Of a stretch of DNA of 64,000 nucleotides, positions 27,868-35,681 are shown piece after piece. The notes under the pieces are model-generated. The model did no database searches and was not told the DNA's origin. It saw only the letters and a program-made list of their open reading frames with translations. Each line of letters starts with the position of its first letter. The stretch's first letter is position 1. The stretch lies in assembly GCA_021803425.1 (NCBI GenBank), contig JAJZLN010000020.1, positions 3,924-67,923 on the forward strand, written 5' to 3'. Made by a program: the position numbers and the translations under genes. Origin of the DNA: Candidatus Micrarchaeota archaeon. Lineage in GTDB: Archaea > Micrarchaeota > Micrarchaeia > Micrarchaeales > CABMGC01.

Positions 27868-28728
27868 TTGGTAATTCAGCATATGGACAAAGCAAAAGAC
27901 AGAATGAAACTCCAATCTTCAATAGAATTTCTTACAGTATACGGATTCTCAATTGCAGTGATTTCTATAGTCATAGTGATAATTTTCTATTTAGCCACAC
28001 CATATACAAATGCGATTCCTAACCAGTGCATTGGATACGGCGTGCTGTGCAGCGGGTCAACATATATATCCAACACAATGACCAATACGGCGAACGTGAT
28101 ACTTTATCTGTCAAATTCAGGAAGCTCTCCGGCAAATATAATAAGCGCTAATGTGGTTATAAACGGGAGGACATACGGACCCGGACCCTGCTTCAATGCA
28201 TCAGGCTCGGTGAGCACGGCATACAGCGGAAATAATTTTGTGGTGCCTGGAGGTCCAGTTACATGTATAATAGCCGTGAATCCGTCGAGTGGAATTGGAG
28301 CGGTAGTGCGAGGCGAGTTTACCATAGATTCGTATACATGCAATTCTGCAATCCAGCAATTCTCGGCGGCAAACTGTTTGTTTGTGCCGTCAGGGGAATC
28401 TGGGACATTTTCATCTGCATCCCAGGAAAGTTCAGCCATATATTATCATGTGACTGTGGCTGATAGTCCGGTGGGATGGGGATACGAGGGGGTCTCGGAC
28501 AGCCAAACGGGATATACATGCGAGCAACCAAACCAATTGTGCACATATGACATAGCTGCGGGCACTGTAATTACAATAAATGCATATGATATTGTCAATT
28601 CAAATCACATTTTCTCGCGATGGGAATGTACAGGCGCATGCGGAGGATATTCTGGAACATCAAGCAGCGCGACATTCACATTGAATGGAGATATTACTGA
28701 GACTGCGGTATTCGTCGAATCAAGTTGA
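27868..28728 (+). CDS. Pilin-like protein with class III (type IV prepilin-like) signal peptide
   Basis: The N-terminus ..MKLQSSIEFLTVYGFSIAVISIVIVIIFYL fits the archaeal QxSxE class III signal motif followed by a hydrophobic helix. Possible starts are TTG 27868, ATG 27883 and ATG 27904. The C-terminal ~90 aa (YHVTVADSP..GTVITINAYD..HIFSRWECTG..ATFTLNGDITETAVF) resembles InlB B-repeat-like beta modules. Confidence 0.7.
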   Translation: MVIQHMDKAKDRMKLQSSIEFLTVYGFSIAVISIVIVIIFYLATPYTNAIPNQCIGYGVLCSGSTYISNTMTNTANVILYLSNSGSSPANIISANVVINGRTYGPGPCFNASGSVSTAYSGNNFVVPGGPVTCIIAVNPSSGIGAVVRGEFTIDSYTCNSAIQQFSAANCLFVPSGESGTFSSASQESSAIYYHVTVADSPVGWGYEGVSDSQTGYTCEQPNQLCTYDIAAGTVITINAYDIVNSNHIFSRWECTGACGGYSGTSSSATFTLNGDITETAVFVESS

Positions 28729-28760
28729 AGCCGCTATCAGGCATTTTTTGAACCGTTTTT

Positions 28761-29546
28761 GTGATTTTAATGTATTTCAAAAGCAAGAAGTCGCTTGGAC
28801 AGGTATTTTTGATTACTGAGAGCATTGCCGAAAAGGAAGCTGTTCATGCTGCAGGAAAGACAGTGATAGAGATAGGGCCTGGACTGGGGATACTGACACG
28901 AAAGCTTTGCGAAAACGCAAAAAAGGTAGTGGCTGTTGAAAAAGACAGGGATCTGTACGAGATGCTCAAGAATGAGATTCACTCAAAAAATCTTGTTCTT
29001 ATAAACAATGATTTTTTCGACATTTCTGCATCAAGGACAGGCATTGAAAAGGCAGACATAATGATCTCGAATATACCTTATAATCTGTCTGGAAAGGTTA
29101 TAGGGTGGCTGGCAAAGAATAATATGCAGGCAGTATTGTGCCTCCAAAAGGAGTTTGTAGACCACATGCTAGCGAAGCCAGACACACATGATTACTCCAA
29201 ACTCAGCGTGATAAGCGCGTTGTTCTTCAGGGTGACGAAGATAATGAACGTTCCAAAAGGAAATTTCAGGCCGGTACCTAAAGTGGATTCTGTGATAATT
29301 TACATGAAGCCCTTAAAAGCTAGGATATCCGAGAGGCTGGTATGGATGATCGGACTTTTGATGCAGCACAAAAAGAAGACAGTGAGGAATGCGATAATCG
29401 ACTCGAGAAAATATCTAGGGATGGAGAAGGATGAAATAATAAGCGTGGCCAACTCTGTATATATGTCGGATAAGAAGGTGTTTAAGCTTGCCCCAGAAGA
29501 GATATTAAAGATTGCAGAATACCTTGACCATGCAATCGCGGCCTAA
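28761..29546 (+). CDS. ksgA: 16S rRNA (adenine-N6,N6)-dimethyltransferase KsgA/Dim1
   Basis: 261 aa with SLGQVFLI, SAM-binding VIEIGPGLGILT, and the catalytic ISNIPYNLS. Confidence 0.9.
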   Translation: MILMYFKSKKSLGQVFLITESIAEKEAVHAAGKTVIEIGPGLGILTRKLCENAKKVVAVEKDRDLYEMLKNEIHSKNLVLINNDFFDISASRTGIEKADIMISNIPYNLSGKVIGWLAKNNMQAVLCLQKEFVDHMLAKPDTHDYSKLSVISALFFRVTKIMNVPKGNFRPVPKVDSVIIYMKPLKARISERLVWMIGLLMQHKKKTVRNAIIDSRKYLGMEKDEIISVANSVYMSDKKVFKLAPEEILKIAEYLDHAIAA

Positions 29547-30199
29547 AATGAATATTTGGGCTCACCTTCCTCCTTAAGGATTATGCCGTTCTTGACATTT
29601 GCAAGGAATTTTTGCTCTGCTTCTTTTGAACCTGCCTTTCCAAGCAGCGCTTTGTAGTGTATAGGCGCAACTTTTTCTGCTTTTATTGAATGTGCAGCCT
29701 CTATTACTTCATCAACACCCATGACATATGTGCCCCCCATCGGAAGCATTGCAAGGCCAGTAACTATCTTCTTCATTTCATTTATGAAATCCGTGTCTCC
29801 GGCATGATACACCTTGATGCCGTTTACGTCCAATATGTATCCTACCCAGCCATTTTCCTTGGGATGATAATGAATCCTGTTTTCTACTTTATTGTATGCA
29901 GGAACAGTGTTGAATTCAATTCCATTGAATGAATAGTGCCTGTTTGGCTCAACGCCAACCACATCCCCTACAGGCACCTTCCCGATGCTGTCCTTGGGAA
30001 CAAAGACCCCTGTTTTGCGGTCCGCAATTCTGGCAATGTCTTTCTCGCTGAGATGATCGAAATGGGGATGAGTTATTAGTATAATATCTGCATGCGCGCT
30101 TGCCGCGCCCAGATTGAACGGATCTATGTAAACATTCTTGCCATTGAGGGTTAACAGAAAGCTTGCGTGCCCGTTCCATTTCAAGAAACTTAAGTCCAT
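29543..30199 (-). CDS. Metallo-beta-lactamase fold hydrolase
   Basis: 218 aa with ILITHPHFDH (HxHxDH) and later YHAGDT. Convergent 4-nt overlap with ksgA. Confidence 0.85.
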   Translation of the reverse strand: MDLSFLKWNGHASFLLTLNGKNVYIDPFNLGAASAHADIILITHPHFDHLSEKDIARIADRKTGVFVPKDSIGKVPVGDVVGVEPNRHYSFNGIEFNTVPAYNKVENRIHYHPKENGWVGYILDVNGIKVYHAGDTDFINEMKKIVTGLAMLPMGGTYVMGVDEVIEAAHSIKAEKVAPIHYKALLGKAGSKEAEQKFLANVKNGIILKEEGEPKYSF

Positions 30200-30257
30200 A
30201 ATCTGTATTTGACAACTTAATTTAAATTCTTTTTGTGCGTTTTGGTCATGTAATATA

Positions 30258-30851
30258 CAGCATGGTAAATCCTACGCCCAATGCTGCAAATGGCATATTT
30301 AACAACTAATAGCGGGAAATCCCACACCATTAATGAGTGGGATGACAGCTAGAGCGAAAATATTACATAAGTGTATATTCATATAATAGGTATTACAAAA
30401 AGATATGATAGTGCAGAAACAAGTGTCCATTTCATGGGATACCATTTCGTATGGTGTCCTAGGTATAGACGCAAGGTTCTGACACCAAAGATAGAAAAGA
30501 GGTTGAAGAAATTGATAAACGATAAGGCAAAAGATTTGGATTGCAAGGTAATTGCACTTGAAGTAATGCCAGACCACGTTCATTTATTCATTCAAGGTAA
30601 ACCCATTTTGACTCCAAACTATATAATAGGGCAGATAAAAAGATATACTTCACATTGCATGCGTGAGGAATTTCCCGAACTAAAAACAAGATTGCCTACG
30701 CTTTGGTCAAGGAGTTATTTCGTATCTACACATGGTCATGTTTCAGATTCATTGATAAAAAGATATATTGCAGAACAGAAGGGATTGTAATATGGAATCA
30801 AAAAAGGCATATAAATTAGAATCTATCAAGTTGAAAACATGGAAACCATGA
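30258..30851 (+). mobile_element. IS200/IS605-family element, tnpA only, probably truncated on the right (boundaries uncertain)
   Basis: Two hairpins lie upstream of tnpA: CAGCATGG..CCAATGCTG (30258-30288) and ATCCCAC-n11-GTGGGAT (30319-30343), as expected for the sub-terminal hairpins of this family. One nt after the tnpA stop, a 19-codon ORF (30792-30851, MESKKAYKLESIKLKTWKP*) may be a tnpB N-terminal remnant. Confidence 0.55.
30371..30790 (+). CDS. tnpA: IS200/IS605 family Y1 (HUH) transposase TnpA
   Basis: 139 aa with YHFVWCPRYRRKVL, HUH motif MPDHVHLFI, and a C-terminal helix carrying the catalytic Tyr region (SRSYFVSTHGHVS..IKRYIAEQ). Confidence 0.9.
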   Translation: MYIHIIGITKRYDSAETSVHFMGYHFVWCPRYRRKVLTPKIEKRLKKLINDKAKDLDCKVIALEVMPDHVHLFIQGKPILTPNYIIGQIKRYTSHCMREEFPELKTRLPTLWSRSYFVSTHGHVSDSLIKRYIAEQKGL

Positions 30852-31738
30852 GGGTTGTGGGTTGCTCTGCAAGCAATGGCATCGATATTACTTTGTCAAA
30901 GGTGCTTGGTGTTGACCTTGTAAAGGCGGAGCTGACAAGATTCCCTGACGGTGAGATAAAGGTCAAGGTGCCTGAATTCAAGGAAAAAATAGCAGTGATC
31001 GTTCAATCTACTTATTTTCCCCAGGAAAAAAACCTTTTTGAGTTGGTGCTTGCCGCACAGGCGCTGAAAGGCAAGCACATTATTGCGATAATTCCTTATA
31101 TTGCATATGCAAGGCAAAACAGGAGCTTCAGTCCTGGGGAAGCGGTGAGCATAAATTCAGTTCTTGATATTATAGAATGTGCAGGAATTAAGGAGCTAAT
31201 TACTGTAAACCCGCATAAAAGCGAACCGTTGATGCGCTTTAACGGAAAAATAGGGATTGTGGATGCTGCCGGAACACTTGCCAAGAAAATTGGCGGAAAT
31301 TTTGATAATCCGACTATAATAGCTCCTGATAAGGGAGGAATTGGAATTGCAAAAAAAGCAGCATCTGTAATGAAATGTGACTACACATACATAGAAAAAC
31401 ATAGGAACATATACGGATCGGTGAGCATAAAGAAGACCCACGGAGGCAACTTCAGGGGAAATGACATAATTATATTCGATGATGTAATAAGCACAGGGGG
31501 GACTGTAGAGCAGGCAGCAAGATTTGCATATGACCATGGAGCAAAATCTGTGTCTGTTGCAGCAATACACCTAGTAATGGTAAAGGGAGCGTATGAAAAA
31601 TTACAGAGCTCCGGAATACAAAAGATCTTTGGAACCAATACAGTACCATTTGACAGGGCGGATACAATAGATATTGCTTCGGATATTGCTTCCAGAATAA
31701 ATAAAATAGGGACGAAAGGAGTTTCTAAAGAGAAATAA
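30839..31738 (+). CDS. prs: Ribose-phosphate pyrophosphokinase (PRPP synthetase)
   Basis: 299 aa with FPDGEIKV, PYIAYARQNR and the PRPP-binding loop IIFDDVISTGGT. The second Met (30848, MRVVGCSASNG) is an equally plausible start. Confidence 0.9.
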   Translation: METMRVVGCSASNGIDITLSKVLGVDLVKAELTRFPDGEIKVKVPEFKEKIAVIVQSTYFPQEKNLFELVLAAQALKGKHIIAIIPYIAYARQNRSFSPGEAVSINSVLDIIECAGIKELITVNPHKSEPLMRFNGKIGIVDAAGTLAKKIGGNFDNPTIIAPDKGGIGIAKKAASVMKCDYTYIEKHRNIYGSVSIKKTHGGNFRGNDIIIFDDVISTGGTVEQAARFAYDHGAKSVSVAAIHLVMVKGAYEKLQSSGIQKIFGTNTVPFDRADTIDIASDIASRINKIGTKGVSKEK

Positions 31739-33434
31739 AGTACATTTCATCCTTTTTATCGAGCTTGAAGAAGCCTATCCTTTCAAATTGGACTATGGAT
31801 CCCTCACTAAGCCTTGTTGCATGTTTTTCTACATACGCATCATTCACTACAAGGCTTTTTTCATTGAATAATTCGCCGTCCATTAGATTGCCGATACTCG
31901 CTATTCTGCATTTGATCAGGTTGTTTTCTGCTATCCACTGTATTGCAGATCCGGATTTCTCTTCCGAATATTCGGCTTTTATTACATTTCCGGTGTTTTT
32001 TATAACCACCGAAAATGCGTCTTTAAGTCTTATTATTGAACCTTCCCTAAATTTTGTTGCATCATCCCTCTCAATGAAAAACTTTTTGCCCATTTTGTAG
32101 CTCCTCTGGCCAAGATTCTGCGAAGGATGATTCTTCAATATTACCTTGTCTATGCCGAGATTTTCTATGTCAATCTCTATTGGGTCCTTCAAGGCAAACA
32201 GCCTTTTTGCCTTCTGGTCTATTTCTTTTCTGTTGTATGAAAGAAGCATGTTTATATCGACACTGCTCTCATTCTTGCTCATTCCGAAGCGCAATACAAA
32301 TTCCCTTATGGCATCGGGGGTTATTCCTCTTCTCCTAAGTCCAGCGATTGTCACGAGTCTTGGGTCATCATAACCGCCTATTTTGCCTTGCCTTATAAGC
32401 TCGTTAAGCTTTCTCTTTGAAGTGAGGTTATTAGATATTTCAAGCCTCGCCATGCTGTGTATAATCGGCTTTCTCAAGGAAAGTGAGTTTAATATGCAAT
32501 TGAAAAGCTCGTCCCGGAGTTCATACTCCTTGCTCCTTATTACGTCGGTTATGCCTTTAATCGAATCCATTACCGGAGTATTAAAATTATATGTGGGCCA
32601 CACCCGGTACTTGTCTCCTTGTCGGTAATGCGTGCTTGATTTTATCCTGAAAAGAATAGGATCTCTCATCGTGGTATTAAGAGACTGCATATCGCCATTT
32701 AATCTCAACGTTGCTTCATTTTCGGCAAACTCTCCTATAAGCATCCTTTTCCACAGTTCGCTGTTCTGATTGGATGTCTGCTTCTTGTGGCGGCATATTT
32801 CACCTTTTTCCCTGCCAAGTCCAGCTTCTTCTGCACTGCACATACATACATATGCATTGCCTTTTGATATCATCATGTCTGCGTATTTGTACATTTGCTC
32901 TATATGGTCGCTGGCATAATACTCTTCACTGAACCTTATGCCAAGCCAGTCAAGGTCTTTTTTTATTGCGTCTACAAACTCCTGCTTTTCAGAATCGGGA
33001 TTGGTGTCATCAAAGTATAAAACGAGGCTGCCTTTATAGATCCTTGAAAACTCGCTTTCAAGAAACGCTGCTTTTGCATGGCCTATATGCATGAAGCCGT
33101 TTGGCTCTGGAGGAAACCGTGTTTTGAAATTCCCCTGAACCGCACCTTCGAGATTCATATTAGGCTTTGATGTCCTCTCGAGCTTTATCTTAGCCTCAGT
33201 CCTAAACTCGTTTGAATACTTTGAATATTCTGTTTCAAGCGAATCCTTGCTCATTAGATTGACTTTCAAAACGACTTCTCTTACTTCGTTTGATAGGGAT
33301 TTTATGTCTTTTCGCAGTTCTGGGTACTGTGATATTACTTTATTGCAAACTGCACTCTCGCTTGCCTTTCCATAATCCATTGCATTCTTAACGGCATACT
33401 TCATTATTGCTGCGATTATGTCACTTTGCGGCAT
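31725..33434 (-). CDS. gltX: Glutamyl-tRNA synthetase (archaeal type)
   Basis: 569 aa with RFPPEPNGFMHIGHAKAA (HIGH) and a class I catalytic core, plus a C-terminal anticodon-binding beta-barrel. The 3' end overlaps the prs 3' end by 14 nt (convergent). Confidence 0.93.
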   Translation of the reverse strand: MPQSDIIAAIMKYAVKNAMDYGKASESAVCNKVISQYPELRKDIKSLSNEVREVVLKVNLMSKDSLETEYSKYSNEFRTEAKIKLERTSKPNMNLEGAVQGNFKTRFPPEPNGFMHIGHAKAAFLESEFSRIYKGSLVLYFDDTNPDSEKQEFVDAIKKDLDWLGIRFSEEYYASDHIEQMYKYADMMISKGNAYVCMCSAEEAGLGREKGEICRHKKQTSNQNSELWKRMLIGEFAENEATLRLNGDMQSLNTTMRDPILFRIKSSTHYRQGDKYRVWPTYNFNTPVMDSIKGITDVIRSKEYELRDELFNCILNSLSLRKPIIHSMARLEISNNLTSKRKLNELIRQGKIGGYDDPRLVTIAGLRRRGITPDAIREFVLRFGMSKNESSVDINMLLSYNRKEIDQKAKRLFALKDPIEIDIENLGIDKVILKNHPSQNLGQRSYKMGKKFFIERDDATKFREGSIIRLKDAFSVVIKNTGNVIKAEYSEEKSGSAIQWIAENNLIKCRIASIGNLMDGELFNEKSLVVNDAYVEKHATRLSEGSIVQFERIGFFKLDKKDEMYFISL

Positions 33435-33440
33435 AGTTTT

Positions 33441-34058
33441 CTACCTCAGTAAAACCACACTAATAGGCCCGTATATAGTGCCGTTAGCATCAATAAGGGA
33501 GGATACCCTCACATTTAGCCTTGTTCCTATGGTGCGGTTGATCTGTGACGAAAAGGATATGTTCCTTTCACTCTGGGTCAATGGTATCTGAACGCTCTGT
33601 GAGCCTACCTCCATATTGAGAATTGGCGGAAGCTCCATGTACGCAGTGCCGTATGTTGCGGTGCAGTTCTTCTCGTCTGAATTTAGCTTTCCTGTTATAT
33701 ATTGGTATATTTTGTATGCACTCATATTGCCAGGGGCAACAAACGTTCCGCCGCCCGAAGTGTAAAAATTAAGCACAGAATTATTATCTTCAAGTTGAGC
33801 GGAATAGGAGGATATCGCATTAGACGCAAGTAACTGGACTGTTTTGTTTTTGCATGTTAAATTGAAAACAAGAGGACCGCCATATCCTGTTACCACGGCA
33901 TTAGTAATAGACTGCGCGTAGGCTGTCTGCGGTTGTGATGTTGCCTGAGGCTGCTGTGAATTATACGTAGTGAGCGAAATATACGAACTTAGGAATATAA
34001 GTGCAATGAATATTGCAAGGGCAAGTTCCGATATCCTTTTTTTATCCATAGAAATCAT
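33441..34058 (-). CDS. Hypothetical N-terminally anchored extracellular protein
   Basis: 205 aa. KKRISELALAIFIALIFLSSYISL hydrophobic anchor, a Q/P/T linker, then a Cys-pair-containing domain with N-x-S/T sequons. Confidence 0.55.
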   Translation of the reverse strand: MISMDKKRISELALAIFIALIFLSSYISLTTYNSQQPQATSQPQTAYAQSITNAVVTGYGGPLVFNLTCKNKTVQLLASNAISSYSAQLEDNNSVLNFYTSGGGTFVAPGNMSAYKIYQYITGKLNSDEKNCTATYGTAYMELPPILNMEVGSQSVQIPLTQSERNISFSSQINRTIGTRLNVRVSSLIDANGTIYGPISVVLLR

Positions 34059-34106
34059 AAGATTTATTAATTGTGATTAATGTAAGATAAATAGATTATA
34101 TATTAA

Positions 34107-34820
34107 TTGCTATTTGGTGGAATAATGCCTTTTAACGATGGAGATTTTGTAAAGGTTGACTATACTGCGCGGAGGTCTTCGGACAGGAGCCTGGTTTATA
34201 CGACGCTGGAGAAGATTGCAAGGGAGGAAGGTGCATATGATGCAGAAACGAAATACTCGCCGCAACTGGTGGTTCTTGGCAAAGATAGCGCTTTGAAGGG
34301 AGTCGAGAATGCGGTAAAGATAATGTCTGTGGGGGAGGAAAAGACGGTAGACATGGAACCTAAAGACACATTCGGAGAGAGGGATGATTCACTTGTAAAT
34401 GTCATGCATCTTTCGGACTTCAGGAAAAAGGATATTAATCCGCAGCCAGGAATGAGGCTAGATGTTGACGGAAGAGTGGCTATAATAAAGAGCGTAAACT
34501 CGGGAAGAGTGGTCGTTGACATGAATCATCCGTTGGCAGGGGAAAAGTTGACATATAATATAAAAGTGGTTGAAAAGGTAGAGACTGATGACAAAAAGGT
34601 GGCGGCTCTCTCAGAGCATTATTCCTTAAAGCCAGATTCTGTTGCGGTCAATGGAGGCGTTGCAAAGGTGGTCTTTGGACCTAAAGTAAAAAAAGACAGT
34701 AATTATCTTATAAGTAAGGCTTCATTTTCAGAGGCCATATTCAGGTACATGAATGGCATAAACAAAGTAGTGTTCGAAGAAGAATATGAAAGGGAGAAAC
34801 CTGAAACTGAAAAGAAGTAA
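34107..34820 (+). CDS. FKBP-type peptidyl-prolyl cis-trans isomerase (SlyD-like, with IF insert)
   Basis: 237 aa with GDFVKVDYTAR.., ALKGVENAVKIMSVGEEK, and DMNHPLAGEKLTYNIKVVEK. Confidence 0.85.
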   Translation: MLFGGIMPFNDGDFVKVDYTARRSSDRSLVYTTLEKIAREEGAYDAETKYSPQLVVLGKDSALKGVENAVKIMSVGEEKTVDMEPKDTFGERDDSLVNVMHLSDFRKKDINPQPGMRLDVDGRVAIIKSVNSGRVVVDMNHPLAGEKLTYNIKVVEKVETDDKKVAALSEHYSLKPDSVAVNGGVAKVVFGPKVKKDSNYLISKASFSEAIFRYMNGINKVVFEEEYEREKPETEKK

Positions 34821-34849
34821 AACCAGTATAATCCAGCGGATGATGGTCT

Positions 34850-35041
34850 TTAATCATTGATGTTTATTGCGTACGTGCCATTTACCTTGAATCCCAGCTT
34901 TTTGGCAATCTCTGATTTCTCAACATTTAATATGACTATATGGCCGTTCCACTTTGTGGTAAGGTTTGATGCTCCGCATAGCGGGCATATGTTTCCTTGG
35001 GCTATTATTAGTTTGCATGTCCTGCATGCCGATTCTGCCAT
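34850..35041 (-). CDS. spt4: Transcription elongation factor Spt4 (RpoE'')
   Basis: 63 aa. Zinc ribbon CRTCKLI..CPLCG followed by WNGHIVILNVEKSEIAKKLGF..GTYAI. Confidence 0.87.
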   Translation of the reverse strand: MAESACRTCKLIIAQGNICPLCGASNLTTKWNGHIVILNVEKSEIAKKLGFKVNGTYAININD

Positions 35042-35049
35042 ATTTTCAC

Positions 35050-35634
35050 CTATTTCCTTCCTCTCCTAGGCCTTTGATGTTGCCTATCCTTCTTGATTTC
35101 CTTGAGCCACTCTGGCTTTCCTAAGCCGTCAGGCCTCATTGTAAGTGCTATCTTTGCCTCGTTTATGGCGCCTTTAAAGCTTATTGAGGATACCTTTGCA
35201 TATACTATGTCTCCTTTTTTGAGGCTCTTGCCGGAATTCCTTGAAACGAAGGCACTGGACTTCTTGTCATAACTTATGAAATCGCTGGCTATTTGGGACA
35301 GATGTACTAGACCGTCTATGGGACCGAGTCTCACAAAGCATCCAAAGTCTGCAAGCTCGGACACCTCGCCGACCACCACTTCCTCTATGTCAAGATTGAA
35401 TACCAGTATGTCGAACTTCAGGCTGTGATGTGTTGAAGGGTCTCCGGGCATTATTAATCCATCGCTTATGTCCCTTGCATTGAATACTGCAACTATTATT
35501 CCAAGCTCCCTGTCAAGAGTCCTCTCATACTTGGATCTGAGCACTTCAAGCGCAGTTTTCTCTATGTCCTGCCCAAAATAGCTTGGTTTTATGCTTATCG
35601 TATCCTCTATAGTATGTATATAGTACAAAATCAT
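35050..35634 (-). CDS. rpoE: RNA polymerase subunit Rpo7 (RpoE')
   Basis: 194 aa. N-terminal Rpb7-like domain and an S1 domain (GEVSELADFGCFVRLGPIDGLVHLSQI). Located immediately upstream of spt4, as in other archaea. Confidence 0.9.
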   Translation of the reverse strand: MILYYIHTIEDTISIKPSYFGQDIEKTALEVLRSKYERTLDRELGIIVAVFNARDISDGLIMPGDPSTHHSLKFDILVFNLDIEEVVVGEVSELADFGCFVRLGPIDGLVHLSQIASDFISYDKKSSAFVSRNSGKSLKKGDIVYAKVSSISFKGAINEAKIALTMRPDGLGKPEWLKEIKKDRQHQRPRRGRK

Positions 35635-35681
35635 GCACCATTAGAAGCTTTAGTGATAAATTATTGCTAGAGCAAGATATA

